A DNA stretch of 64,000 bases from Oopsacas minuta (taxonomy: Eukaryota; Animalia; Porifera): contig JAKMXF010000298.1 in assembly GCA_024704765.1 (NCBI GenBank), positions 434,001-498,000 on the forward strand. The letters run 5' to 3'. A program made the position numbers and the translations under genes. Under the pieces are notes generated by a model, which saw only the letters and a program-made list of their open reading frames with translations, was not told the origin of the DNA and did no database searches. This document shows, piece by piece, positions 11,101 through 23,744 of the stretch; positions within the stretch are counted from its first letter, which is position 1, and each line of letters starts with the position of its first letter.

Positions 11101-14100
11101 CACATTCACTACAGTCAAAGCCTCCAAACATAGGGTTACATTGACAAGTGTTTATCCGTGGAACACAAGGATACCCGTGACAGTCATTTGGACAACATGA
11201 TTCTTTCATTTGGATAGGACAAGCTGATAAAGTGCTGACGTCAGTATCTTCTATGCAGCTGTGTGTAATAACACAGTAGGTACATTTAGAATTAGTACGA
11301 CAGGTGCTACAATCACATGACAGGTGTTCACATGCTATATCTAAGTAAGGTACATATATTATATCATGAAATATGTTCACGTAAAGAGAAAGAAGTAGTG
11401 ATCAAGTAATCTGGTAAACGCTCGTTAATATCAATACAGGTGACGTCGAAATTCATACTCTTAAGTACGCTAGTATTGAAGGGACGATAATAGCTTAGTA
11501 GTTTGTATGAATTAACGAGAATATAATGTATGTGGAGTTCGTCTATTACTAGACTATTAGCAAGTCGCCTTTCGCATGCATTTCACTTGCTATTAGAGCA
11601 TTATTTCCAATACAAAATGGACTCTAAGTCCCTGAAAAATCTAGCTACTGTATTAAGCGGGTATCGCTAATAAGTGAACATCACTGTATAACTTTAGCGG
11701 CATCAGATAATATTATTCTTAAAACTCTATAAACCAAGAATACAAGTGAAATTTATATGTATAATCTGAAAAATGAGCTCCTCTAAAATGAAAATATCAA
11801 CCTCCCAAATAATGACATAGTCTCGATTGACATCTAAAAATGCCTGCCAAGTTGGCCAGTTTTCATAGTAAAAATTACTAAATATATATTTATCATAACA
11901 TTACCTATAAAATTAGCATTCCAAAAGTTCCCTTCATGCACCTGGTTAAGAGTAAAATTAATTCCATTATCATTGAGAGGTGTAGGTGTCCCCTCTGAAT
12001 AATAATATCTAAGTATTTCAGCAGGTAAGATTTGTGACGGACAATCGTGATCTTTCTCTGAAAAACTTAGCAAAACACTTCCATTCCAATAAAGATACGC
12101 TACATACCATGGAATTATCTTCCCATAAACTATATTGAGAGTTCCATTTTGTGTTTGATTGTAAGACCGTAGAAATGGAAAATCACCTTCTAATTTCAAA
12201 TAGTTGAAGTTGACAATCGAGTCAAACTTTATTAATTCAATATTCTTGATATGAAACAATCCGTGATTATCAATACTCATAGAACTCTGTGAATGTGGTA
12301 TATAGTACCCAGACATTGTGAGAAAGGCTTTCCTCTTAAGGAGAATAGCAGTGTTATATAGTCGGGCTGAAGGGTTCCAGGCTGGAGTACACACTGTGTT
12401 TATGTGACAATCCCAGTTAGAAGCCCCTGTTATAGTTACCGTCCTAGCAAGAGAGAAATAACCTCCGAACCAATCCAAACGTTCTATTTCTAAATGAATA
12501 TAACCATCAGATAAATTAAATAATCTCTTCAACAAACCGAAAATATAGTATGGCTACATACCACATACATTAATTTTATCCTGCAACTATGGAAATGGTT
12601 TGAAGTTAAGTCAGACATATCCTTAGATAAATGGTTCCCTTCCCTAGTCAATTTGTCCACCTGTGTGTCTTGGACAACTAGGAAAACGAATCAAACGAAA
12701 CTATGTAAACTGATGTTGAACTTAAAAATGTACATTGAATATTGTGTGGTTTATGCTTCTGTTAAACAGTGTTAACATATTAAGTAAAATAAAATAGCCA
12801 GTTACTTGTCCATACATCCAATGATTAGATTAAATTTCAGGGTGGGATAGTCTGAATTCAGCTGATTTGTTATTCTTAATAGTTTTCAGCTCAATAGATT
12901 TCGAAACTCGTTATTACCAGAAATTCAGTTTCTTTAAATCCTAATACAGTGAAACCTGAATAATCCAAAAATCTCGTCGGATTACGGCTGAATTTCACGA
13001 AAGACATCAGGATCAGAATGACATAAAACAAATTATGGCATTTTCTAGGGAATTAGTCGATCACCAATTTAATGACACGATCACGACCGTTCATTGAAAA
13101 ATAATCGGAGATAGTAATCTCGATCCTTTCGCCAAAAAGGATCTCGATATTCTTCACGATCATCATTTTAGCGATCACTTTTCTGAAATTTATAAGCATC
13201 TCCTATAGAGAGATGCTATTGAGTCCGTCCGTCGTTCTGGGCGATCATGCGAATCTATCAGTCAGATTGCCATGAAAGTTAGCGCATAAAGTTTGGGGTT
13301 TAGATTCGCAAATATTATCTGCCTAAAGGATCGAAAATATCGAACTTTCGGGAAAAATGATCTCGATCTTCCATGAGATCACTGTATTTAAAAAGATAGA
13401 CGATCATCCCTCGATCGTCAAAAATAGATCACGATACTAATACCTTATCATTTACTCACCTATTTCTTGCTCAGTGTTAATATACAGGACACTGAATTCA
13501 TGGTACATAGAGAGATAGTCAATATGAATTGTAGAGTTAACATTCTTAGGAATATCTTCTAAATCACTAATTGCAACTTCTGAGTCATTAATGTATATAG
13601 AATTAATCTGATTAGGAGAGGTAATGTATACACACACGTAGTATGTATCTATCTGTCTGTTCAGCTCGTATAGAGTCTGTATTGATATCGTATTGGTGAG
13701 ATTATTGAGGTAAAGATCTATCTAATTGAATAATATTTAAATAACGTACTACGTTGTTAAGGAATTTGTGGATGATTTACAAAGATTATATTATACGTAG
13801 GAATTATTTTTGAAACATTCCATGGATTCTAGCCTCTGTACTTTTCATCAGTCATTAGATAGTTTTTCCAAAGAAACTTGAGAAATGTGCCTAACAATTC
13901 AGGAATGCAGTGTATATTGCAAAAAGCTACCAAATTACCTTTCATTACTAATAAGTTCCCAGAGAAGAAATTTGGGAGAAAAAGTTCTGTTAATTGATCT
14001 TTTCCCGGATATGTATATATATATATATATATATATTAGAGGTTGCAAGCCGGCCCAAGCCTAGTTTGAGCTTCTGACTTATACTTTAGGGCACCGAATA

Positions 14101-15665
14101 AACCTGCCATTAACTTTGAAGTAATTTCGGTTAATTGCTTATATTAAATTAAAATCATCATTGAAATTCGTATTCATCTATTTTCATTCAATTTTAGAAT
14201 TATTCTAACTATGTTTTAGGTATGCGTCGTGCAGTGCTGGGCTCGGGCTGAAAAACTTAGCCTATTGCGACATCTAATATATGCAAGTGATCCCAAATTT
14301 TTCATAAATTGTACTAGAGTAGACGTACATTTAAATAAAGATACATACGCACTGTAAAAGTAAGACCCAATTATTCAGCTACTACAGTCAACTCCCAGTA
14401 TATCGAACTCCGCTTATATCAAATTAATTCTCGCTGTCCATTGAGCTTCGATATAACCGGAGTTGACTGTATTGATTATTCGTTAATATTTATGAGCGAT
14501 TAATAACCAACAAGCAATAGGTTAAACATATGTATAAGATGAAAAAGCTGGGTAATTAATACAAACTACACCATGCACAAAACTCACCATAGAGTGTTCA
14601 ACTTCATAACGTTTCTCCTTGAAAGTAACATTATACACAGAAATAGATATATCTTTCTTATTATCAGGATATAGCCCTTCTATATACACAATAGTAGAAT
14701 CTTGATCCGATACAAAATCAAATATACAATTTCTAAGATTAACTTTGGAATTATACAAAGCAAGACCCTTCCCAACTTCACATTGTAGAGTCTGGTTATC
14801 AGAGATGAAGGTAGAATTCTCAATATTCAAACATCTAACATTCTTAGTCATAATTAACCCACCAGCATTTCCACTTGCAAATCCATTTCTTAACACTAAT
14901 CCAACCAAGTCAACTATATTATATTCTTCGGGTTGAGCTAATCTAGTCATGAATCGACTATTTCCTCTTAAATCAAATACACATAAATCATTCTCACTAG
15001 TGACGTCACATCGAATTGAAATGTTTACCTTGTGAGTTAGATTTAAAGAATGTTGTATACCACTAAACATTCCAGGCTGTATACGAATTAAAATACCAGT
15101 TTTTCCATCGGGAACACGATTTATAGCACCTTGTAATGAGCTACAAGGATTATCATTGCTACAATCTTGAGTATCATTACCGTACTCTGCTATGTAGAAT
15201 GTGATGTCTAGATTGAGAGACCAGATTTATCGTTAATTCATAAAATATGATTATTCCTAAAAGTTTACATCTTAGTACCCGCAATGTATATAAAGATCCA
15301 TAATTTACTGAAAAAACGAGTTTTGACATATCCATGGTATTTTGATCCTGACGGAAATTTCAAGGTTAGGTCAAATACGCAAATGTATATATTTAAAAGG
15401 GCGGTGAAAGTGTTAAATAGTGGTCAGGCCCTACCATACAATTGAGTAGGCCCAGGCAAAATAGGGTCATGACATGGCCTGACTAGCCTGACCATTCGCG
15501 CTGTCCCCGATTTAAAACTGAATACAAAGAAATAAAGAACAGTTATAATGTGAATTCATTACCTGGAGTGAAAGTAGCATCACAGAATGAGTTAGCTGGT
15601 TCCGAGGAACAACCCTCTGAATTGTGTAATAAAAATAGTATTAAAAATATTGAATAAAAATACAT
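8113..15665 (-). CDS. Multi-exon single-pass receptor-like kinase: signal peptide, beta-helix/pectin-lyase-like ectodomain, PSI + EGF module, TM helix, TKL (Raf/MLK-like) kinase domain
   Basis: Phase-consistent GT-AG exons 15665-15563 ([18 protein letters not shown] signal peptide), 15207-~14580, 13607-13460, ~12550-11905, 11340-11104 (PSI/EGF cysteines), 10614-10389 ([26 protein letters not shown]), 10330-10190 ([13 protein letters not shown]), 9616-9463, 9309-9072 ([11 protein letters not shown]), 8714 or 8693-8515 ([15 protein letters not shown]), 8277-8113. Exons between ~14580 and ~12550 are not fully resolved. Confidence 0.85.
10912..11091. mobile_element. hAT-type MITE in kinase intron
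   Basis: TIR caggcttgccgtggg / cccacggcaaccctg; 8-bp TSD ataataac / ttaataac (7 of 8 match); related copy at 48317-48442. Confidence 0.75.
13191..13310 (+). mobile_element. HINE/DINE-1-like element 5' fragment
   Basis: Hairpin agcatctc-ctataga-gagatgct followed by gtccgtccgtc; shares ctcctatagRgagat and the GTCC repeat with 39985-40350. Confidence 0.45.
14385..14469. mobile_element. 85-bp pogo/Tigger-like (Tc1-mariner) MITE
   Basis: TIR cagtcaactcc / ggagttgactg flanked by TA on both sides. Confidence 0.75.
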
Positions 15666-16517
15666 ATCAGTTGTTAGAATCTGTCACCAGCCAGGAAATA
15701 AACATCGATAAAACTAGTCAACAATATTACAAAGATAGAACTAATCATGTAATAAAAGGGACGGAATTATGGTGTAAATAATTAGGTCACATATTCAAAA
15801 ATAGGAAAATAATACTCATTCGATAATCGACGAACTTTTTTCCTTGAGAGTTCGAACTAACACACGATGACTATTTCTTTCATTGAAACTTAGTCTGGCC
15901 ATGAGCTATATAGTCAAGAAAAAAATTATGGGAAAACGCTTTCTGGTGCCATGGTGATGACAAAATTGAAGTTGATAAAACCCTGGAGAAAGAGTGTATA
16001 ATAATAATCAGTATGACCAAAGATATTCCACGGTATTTTTAGTAAAGTTGATTTCTGTCATTTTGGCCAAACTTGACAAACTAGTGGACCTGAGTGTATT
16101 CATGATATAAAATTGTATAACTATTGTGGCCATATGCCAAGAAAGTTGAGAACCCAGGTATACAAGATTTATTGTTGGTATGAAATTATACTGTGTTCAT
16201 CGTAAATTTCCAGGACCGCTTGGCCTGCATGATGTGCGACGTCAAACAAACTTTAAATCATTATTAAATCGAAAATAAACGTCGTCTAAATAGCAACCCC
16301 AATTATATTCCACTCAATTATCTACATACAAAGGTAAGTATTCTCTAAATTCAATAATGGAAATGAAACTTAATATATCTCTAATATTATTGTAAAGTTA
16401 CTAATGAATCAAATGAAATGTTAAGAATGTAAAACTATCTAGAAATTAATAAGTGTGTACGGGGGTATTACAAATTAAAGGGTTCTAATATCAAATTTCA
16501 TTACGACCTACACGTAA

Positions 16518-17440
16518 CTATGTTGGAATTTGTAACAAAAGATTCTGATCATGACCACCGGGTAGATAGGCAACATTCTTTGAATGAGAAAGTTGTTTAG
16601 CTAAATCTTCAGCAGTTTCAAGTCTTCTCAACTCAATCAAACTGTCTCCAGCTGTGGTAAACGCATCTGCTAGGATCTGTGCAGCCTTGGCGTCTCCCTC
16701 AGAACTAATCACATTTGCTTGTTTAATAAATTCAGCTTTCTCCACTACGAATCGAGCCTTTTCAGCTTCCTGTTGCGCCACCTGCTTCTGTTCTACAGCA
16801 CTAGTGAATTCCCTTCCAAAGTTAAGATGTGTGATAGATATATCATCGAGTAATATACCAAAATAATCAGCTCGTAGTGATAACATGTCTCCAATACGCT
16901 GACTAACTAAATCTCTTTGAGTTAACAGTTCTGAAGCATCAAACTCTGCCACCACTGACTTCAAAACCTCTAAATTAGTATTGCAATAAATTAGAAATTC
17001 ATGCCATATTTCCTTAATAATAAATTTACAAAGTGTGTACCCGTAGTGTATATTTTACCTGTAGTAATGGAAGGCAAGACCTTATCAGCATATTCTGTCC
17101 CTAGATTCCTGTATATATTAACCAACTGAGTTTCTTGGGGATGGAACAATACTCTGAGGGTGATGTCTACTGTCTGTAGATCCTTGCTACCCGTTTCCAC
17201 ACGTATACTCCTTGGGGTGGAGCGGATACTATATATGTAAGGCTTCTGGATAAGCGGTATCAAAAAGTGAGTTCCCTCTGACGTGACATCCTTCAGGACT
17301 CCACGAAATCTGTCAAATATTATCCCTCGCTCACCTCCATCCACATTGTAAAGACACTGATTCACAGCTGCACCTACCGCAGCCATACCTAATCCCAACC
17401 AACCTAACTTGCTTACCAACCCATAAGCAGCTCTAGCCAT
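16518..17440 (-). CDS. PHB1: Prohibitin 1, 2 exons (17440-17059, 16969-16518), 277 aa
   Basis: [36 protein letters not shown]; spliced junction [18 protein letters not shown]; [24 protein letters not shown]; phase-1 GT-AG intron. Confidence 0.95.
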
Positions 17441-18038
17441 GATAACCTAGAATTATATCAACTTTAGAAAAATAATCGTTTAATGAATTGAGGGAACTCG
17501 ACATGCTACAGGTAAACCACGGAAAGCGGCATTAGTGGTTAGCGGTCGCAACGAGCCGAAACTACCCGATTTAGGGCATAGAGGCCCCGAAGTCCGGTCT
17601 GGCCTGACGCATACCCACAACAACATAGTTGATAATATTTTCTAAAATTTAATGAAAATTTAATGAACCAGATCTTACAATCAGTAACTGTGATTGGATA
17701 CAATTTCAATGATGATTTTAGTAATTTAATAGCACTGTTCGTTTGAAATGTTGATGGGGGCGGGGACATTAGGAGTGTGCTCCCAAATCTTGTATCAATT
17801 CTTGGCTAATCATACCTCGTGCAAACTTATCGCATAATGACGCAGAGGCATCACTCACACTGTCTACACAAAGTAAAATAAGTAGCATAAATTCTAATTG
17901 ATGAACAATAGAAACAACAAAGAAACAAAAATATATGTCTAAGCCTTCGGCAATTTCGAATTCTTTATTAATTAAAGATAATAAAAAGTATAGATAGATC
18001 GTCAGGAGTGTTTTGGTTGAATTCAAAAATGTGAAACA

Positions 18039-20528
18039 TCAAAAGTATGAAGTAATTAAAGCTTGTAATCTTGTCAATTCGACTAGCTGTAATTGACTCT
18101 TGTTAATTTGTGAAGTTAGCTTATCTAAAAACGACTGTGCTCCCTTGCAAGCTATGACATCATCTTGATTAAAATCTCCACTATTAACAATCCCTCTCAA
18201 AGCGATACAGAGCATCGACTCAAATTCGTGAATGACACTCATTTCGATCGGTACTCGAAGTTTAGAATTAAACCCTATGGATGAAGCAATAGCTTCAAAT
18301 TTCTGCTCATCATAGCCAATTTTTAATAATTTAATCAATTTCTTGTCAGTAGCTACTTGAAAAGGGTAATTTCCATACTTATCAAGATGTAAAAGTAAAG
18401 AAGGGCCTCCTAATTTCAATAGACAAACACATACATCTATATTACCATACTTGGCAGCTAAATGCAATGGTGTAACTCCTGTTCTGCTCTGAATAATGTT
18501 AAAATACTTTTCAGTATCAAGTGAAGTCTCTACGATAGCTTCAATACTAGAAACTTTTCCATACCAACAAGCTCTTAATAGAGAATTCCAATTTTTATCA
18601 TCAAATACATTCGGTTCACATCCAGACAGAATTAATTTTCTAATATTATTACAGTCACCGAGTTGAGAAGCTTTTATCAATCGATTCTTTAAACTATTAG
18701 AAATTGTCGTTTCAGTGGATTCAACTACTGAATGTTTTGGAAGGAAATTAGTGTAGTTCGTAAAAAAATCTCTCAATTTGGGAGAGATACATTTATTATT
18801 TGACGGAGAAACCCCAATTTCTTGTAAGCGTAATTGTGCCATATAACCAGCAAACCATGGCGGATTAATACAATCTAGTAAATGGGTATGAGGATTTGAT
18901 TTAACTTCTGTGAGATGTTTATGGAATTCTTTAGCTGCCTCATTAAGCCACAAAGAATCGATATTTTTCCTAGCACATTCTAGCACAAGTCCAAGCATTC
19001 TAAACAATGTATGAATCAATGGACAAGGTTTAGAGATTAATGTGCAAACTAATGCTGTAAAATCCTTAAAATTATCGCTCAAATTGCAACGAGATTTTGG
19101 CCAGAATAACGATTGAGTGAAGCTCACACTATTCGGCTGGGAATAAGCCAACTCGCTTTCTATAACGTCACAATACAGTTTCAGTATACAATCATGTGTA
19201 ACTTCAATATACTTTTTGTTACACAGAGTTTGAATTGAATTAAGCAGAAGGTCCCATGTAAAGATCTCCTGGTAGCAGACAGCGTTAGCAAATGTACTAG
19301 CTGGATGTGTCTTTATGACGTCACATAATAACGTAGCTGTCTGTATTATAGTGGTAACATCCTGTGTTGTGACGAGATATGTAACAAGTGGTGATAATAG
19401 AGTTGTAGATATTATAATGCGTGGAGTTGTGATACAAGCACGTACGAATTGTAAGGAATTAATCTTAACGAAACTAGTTTGACCTTCTAGCGGTAGGTTA
19501 ATAGTGTCATCAATCCATTCATTAGGAAGTTCACTACCTTCAATATCGTGTTCAGGAGTGAAATTATAAATATAATCTGGGGTTGTGTATAGCTTTCTAT
19601 TACTCTCGAGTTTCTCTAAAGTGAGAACAGATATATGTGAGGAGAATAAGATAGGTGTTGGAGCGAGGAACACTTCATCTGACCAATTGCTTCTTGGTGT
19701 TTGAAAGTTTTCAAAATTCGAATCAGCTGATGCGGGAGACGTTAAACTGTGTTTATCAGTTAGGCCAACTATTTTGAGTCGTTCTGCTAATTGAGAACTT
19801 GTTGAACTGTCCTTTAGGTTATCTTTTCGTAAGAAATTTAATTCTGGAAGAGAAGAGGATTCATCATATTTAGAAATTCGTGATTTTCTAAGAGGTGATT
19901 TATAATTAGAAGCAAATAACTCCACTGTAGTAACGTCAGTAGGTAACAGGTCACTAAATTGAATATCTGAGTTATGAAACTGGTTGCTATCGTAATCACA
20001 ACCATTTTCATCCTGTTTATATGTTATGGGTGTCAAGCTTGGAGAGATCTGTACTAATCCATTGTATCTTGAAACATGTATACTAGAGCTAGCACGTTTC
20101 GGCGTTGATTGTTTAACATTGTTCGGAAGTGCGTTCAAAGGGGAATTTAGTTTTTTAAACGTATTTTCCTGTGTTTGATTAAAATTAGGTTTATTAGTTG
20201 GTGAAAATTTATGATGTGCGTTTCGATCTTTGCGAGTTAATTGGTAACGTGGTGAGCTAGTATAATCGTGTTTCTTGTAAAGACACGAAGTGGATTTAGA
20301 GCGGTTGGGTGTATAGAAAGGAGTTTGACAATCTTTTATACGTTTAGGAGGCGATTCGTCATCAGAATCACTTATCACAATTTCGTCAATAAATATGTCT
20401 GTAAGCCTTTTGGGCTTACATAGTACAACTTTTGGTGTAGTTAAGTCAATATTTTGTATTAGTTTAGGTGTTGTCAGATCTATTAAGGTTTCTATAGAAG
20501 ATTGTCTCTTCTTGGTGGGCGTCTTCAT
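18039..20528 (-). CDS. SLF1: SLF1/ANKRD32-like protein: disordered SIM- and S/TP-rich N-terminus, helical middle, C-terminal ankyrin repeats, 829 aa, single exon
   Basis: C-terminal GVTPLHLAAKYGNIDVCVCLLKLGGPSLLLHLDKYGNYPFQ resembles the SLF1 ankyrin region (GVTPLHDAL...LLQHGGPVLL...GELPLD, recalled); no BRCT domain recognisable. Confidence 0.55.
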   Translation of the reverse strand: MKTPTKKRQSSIETLIDLTTPKLIQNIDLTTPKVVLCKPKRLTDIFIDEIVISDSDDESPPKRIKDCQTPFYTPNRSKSTSCLYKKHDYTSSPRYQLTRKDRNAHHKFSPTNKPNFNQTQENTFKKLNSPLNALPNNVKQSTPKRASSSIHVSRYNGLVQISPSLTPITYKQDENGCDYDSNQFHNSDIQFSDLLPTDVTTVELFASNYKSPLRKSRISKYDESSSLPELNFLRKDNLKDSSTSSQLAERLKIVGLTDKHSLTSPASADSNFENFQTPRSNWSDEVFLAPTPILFSSHISVLTLEKLESNRKLYTTPDYIYNFTPEHDIEGSELPNEWIDDTINLPLEGQTSFVKINSLQFVRACITTPRIIISTTLLSPLVTYLVTTQDVTTIIQTATLLCDVIKTHPASTFANAVCYQEIFTWDLLLNSIQTLCNKKYIEVTHDCILKLYCDVIESELAYSQPNSVSFTQSLFWPKSRCNLSDNFKDFTALVCTLISKPCPLIHTLFRMLGLVLECARKNIDSLWLNEAAKEFHKHLTEVKSNPHTHLLDCINPPWFAGYMAQLRLQEIGVSPSNNKCISPKLRDFFTNYTNFLPKHSVVESTETTISNSLKNRLIKASQLGDCNNIRKLILSGCEPNVFDDKNWNSLLRACWYGKVSSIEAIVETSLDTEKYFNIIQSRTGVTPLHLAAKYGNIDVCVCLLKLGGPSLLLHLDKYGNYPFQVATDKKLIKLLKIGYDEQKFEAIASSIGFNSKLRVPIEMSVIHEFESMLCIALRGIVNSGDFNQDDVIACKGAQSFLDKLTSQINKSQLQLVELTRLQALITSYF

Positions 20529-21665
20529 AGCAATTTTATTGAGGATCTAACGATAGCTTAACATATAAGGATTTTGATAAGGTAGACTACGCTTAACTTG
20601 GATACGTTGGCTTATCACAAAGTCCCAATTAACACATATAGTAGAACTTCACTAAGTGGGGGGAGGTTGAGCTAGCGAATTTCCTGTCTCCATTTATAAT
20701 TTCAAATGTAAATTAATGTTAACAAGAGATTTTGAGTGAATATGTATAGCCACTTCATTTTAACGGTATTCGATTTAATATAATATGCATTAAGGTTGTT
20801 GGTTGAATATAAGAAATTTTCTTCTTAGGAACCAAAACTTTCAATTCATCATAGCGATAAATAAGTGCTATTTTTTTTCCAAATTTAGCACAAAAATTGA
20901 TTATTCAAGAAAATTTTTCGTTAGAATTCCTCACTTATAGAGGTAAATTCAATGGTGAGACGATGCCTCATTCCCCACTTCCCGCTTATAGAGACCCCAT
21001 TTATAGAGCTTGTACTGTATTTTCCAATATGAATATCCCAATTAAATGTACACTATTAGTATTAGACATGTTTATGCAGTAACGCTCGTTATCTCGAACC
21101 CTTGTATCATTCTCCCAACACTTGATTTTCACACATCAAATCGAAATACGACAAGTTGGTAAAAGTAATGAGAAACTCATGTACAGAGATATGTATGTAC
21201 GAGCCCATCAGTTTACATGGACAGCCAACAACAATTAGAGCTATAAAGATCCCATCCCATATAATCAAACACCCCAACTCCCCAAATAGTCTTACTTTAT
21301 TCATAATTGTTAAAATTTAAAACTTCCAACGTAAGCATGCCCATTGCACACGCATCTCACCAGCCTTGCACACAAAATTAACTTTACACTAGCATAGAGG
21401 TTCCCAATTTGTCGGTCCACAGAATGTGTAAAATTGGTACAGGGGTCCACAGGTGAGAATATTGGGAATAACTGCACTAGCATGTACTAGCATATTCTCT
21501 CTATTTTAAACAAGTTATTACAATTTGTCGAACAAGTTCACTTTTTCCGAAAATCAATCTTAAAACTGGGAGAAGGAAATGTTCAATAACCAAGAGCTAT
21601 TGTAATTAAAATGAAAATTCGAATCCTACAATATAAGATAAACACTTAAGTAATATAATATATGA

Positions 21666-23164
21666 TTATTTTTTTGTTCCTCGCTTAGTTCTAACTTTTG
21701 ACTGTTTTCGGTCAACTCTAACTTTCTTAGCTTCACTTTCAGTAGAATATTTGTCTTCTAAATTATTCAGAAAAGATTCTACACGATTTTTCCCATGAGA
21801 TCTAATCTTAGCAATTAAACTACTTTCATTATCAAAATCAATTCCTAATTCTTTTTGTAACTGTTTAGCCTCCTCAGATTCACGAATTGCTTTCCTTTTC
21901 CTCTTTTCTTGTTTCTTCTTTGATTCTGTGAACTTCTCATAAACAGGCAACTCACCAGATCCAATAAAAGGAGTCAATAGACTACGAAATCTATCATCAT
22001 CACTATATACACTACACATCATACTCTCTAGTATCATATCCATATCTCCTTCATTTGTTCTATAACACTGTTTCAAGTCTGAGAGCTCATCCTCACTCTC
22101 TCTGTATTGTTTGGAGAATTTATCAACCTCTTCAAGCAGGATCTAACCGAACAAACTATACAGTTAAATCAAATAAGCAGGTACTGATATCATTAAATAC
22201 AGAAAACCTCCAAAAGACGGAAACTTTTTCTCAGTCTTAGAATGCTTTACACTGATACATACAATGTCCTAAAAAGTAAACACCTCTCATATGTGAACAT
22301 TTTTGGCTGGTCCCCATGGTGTTTACTTCGTGAAGGTATTACTAAATAGGATACATTGCTGCAGGGCGGGTTTAGGTTACTTTGACTAACTCGTAGCTTT
22401 TCAAATACAACTAATGAAAGTATTACAGTGAAACTCAGATAAGACGTACTCATTGGGGAAACAAATATTAGAAAATACTTTTCCAGTGTATGTCATTTTA
22501 AATAGGAATTTTTAAAATGGAAAAAATGAAATTTGGTTAGAAATAAAGGGTGTGTGTTAACCGAGCATTCTCTGGACAGTAACATGTTGATTTTGTACTA
22601 ATTTCAGGCTCCTTTGTCCTTTAGGGCTGCGAAATGGGACTTTTAGCTGCCCGAATAGCACCTAGATATACTCCTGCATCAAGGATATTATAATTATCGT
22701 CCTTGATGCAAGAGTCCTTCGTCACTCAATATAAATGCTCACCTATGTATCTAACCTATTACCTTAGGATATATGACTTTCCAATACTCCTCCCAACTAT
22801 CTGCTCCTTCGGGACAACTCATCTCACTCTCCATCTGAATAACACCAAACTTATCATACTCTCTCCTCCTAGCAGGATCACTCAGGGTCTGATACACCCT
22901 CCCTAACAGCTGGAACTTGTGAGTAGCTCCCTCTCTATCCTCAGAAGATACTCTATCAGGATGTATCTTGATGCTTAACTTATGATATGCTTTTCTTAAA
23001 CAAGTGATGTCACATGACTTATCAGATAGTTGTAATACTTCGTATAATTCTGATGTTCCGAAGCAGTCCTGTAATTCATCTAGAAAATGTTTAGAATTAT
23101 TCTCTCCCACTTCAGTGTCACTCTGTGATGATGAAGAATTGTGAATTGTATCCTTAGAAGCCAT
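21666..23164 (-). CDS. DNAJC9: DnaJ subfamily C member 9, 2 exons (23164-22763, 22142-21666), 292 aa
   Basis: J-domain with HPD motif, WEEYW, spliced ILLEEVDKFSKQYRESEDELSDLKQCY...GDMDMILES, C-terminal FLNNLEDKY. Confidence 0.9.
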
Positions 23165-23744
23165 GCTATACTAGCGTGTAAAGTAGTTGAGGAAATTCAG
23201 TGAAACACGTATTTAAATGAAAATAAGGTTGATATTTGATAGATATACAGTGTACACACTTTATTAGAACTGCGTAACATTTCTATAAAGCTTAGGCGTA
23301 AGACAAAATACTGTTAGAATTTAGGATCGTTAGGATATTCCTCTATACCGTAATATCATACGTTCATTATTTAGAAGATAAAGCAGTGTGCTCTCATGAA
23401 CCTAAAAAATGAGAAAGAATCAGTTTAATGACCCCTTTTATCCCTAAAAAAGTTCAATTCGCAAAATAGGCGGTTTGATTATACTTTTATGAGATTAATA
23501 AAATTGGCCTCTCTGTTATATTCGTTGGTTCCCCATTGCATTATAGAGTAGTCTATGCAGGAGTTAATCAACATTGGTTTGGTTCTGTTTCTGGCCAAAT
23601 GACTCGATTAGCCAATGCGCTATATTTGAAGAGTCCGTTGTATATAGAAATATATCAATAAGAATTCGATTAGTATAATTAATAAGATGAAAACAACTAC
23701 ATATGAAATCGCCCTAACATCTCATAGCTAACTCACTCATAAAG

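Noticed and set aside
10946-11103. C-terminal part of ORF 10946-11380
   Set aside because: Read-through past the donor at 11103 into a hAT MITE
17539-18026. Two short minus-strand ORFs between the SLF1-like gene and PHB1
   Set aside because: AT-biased low-complexity translations with no family motif; the region holds the PHB1 upstream sequence and repeat-like DNA
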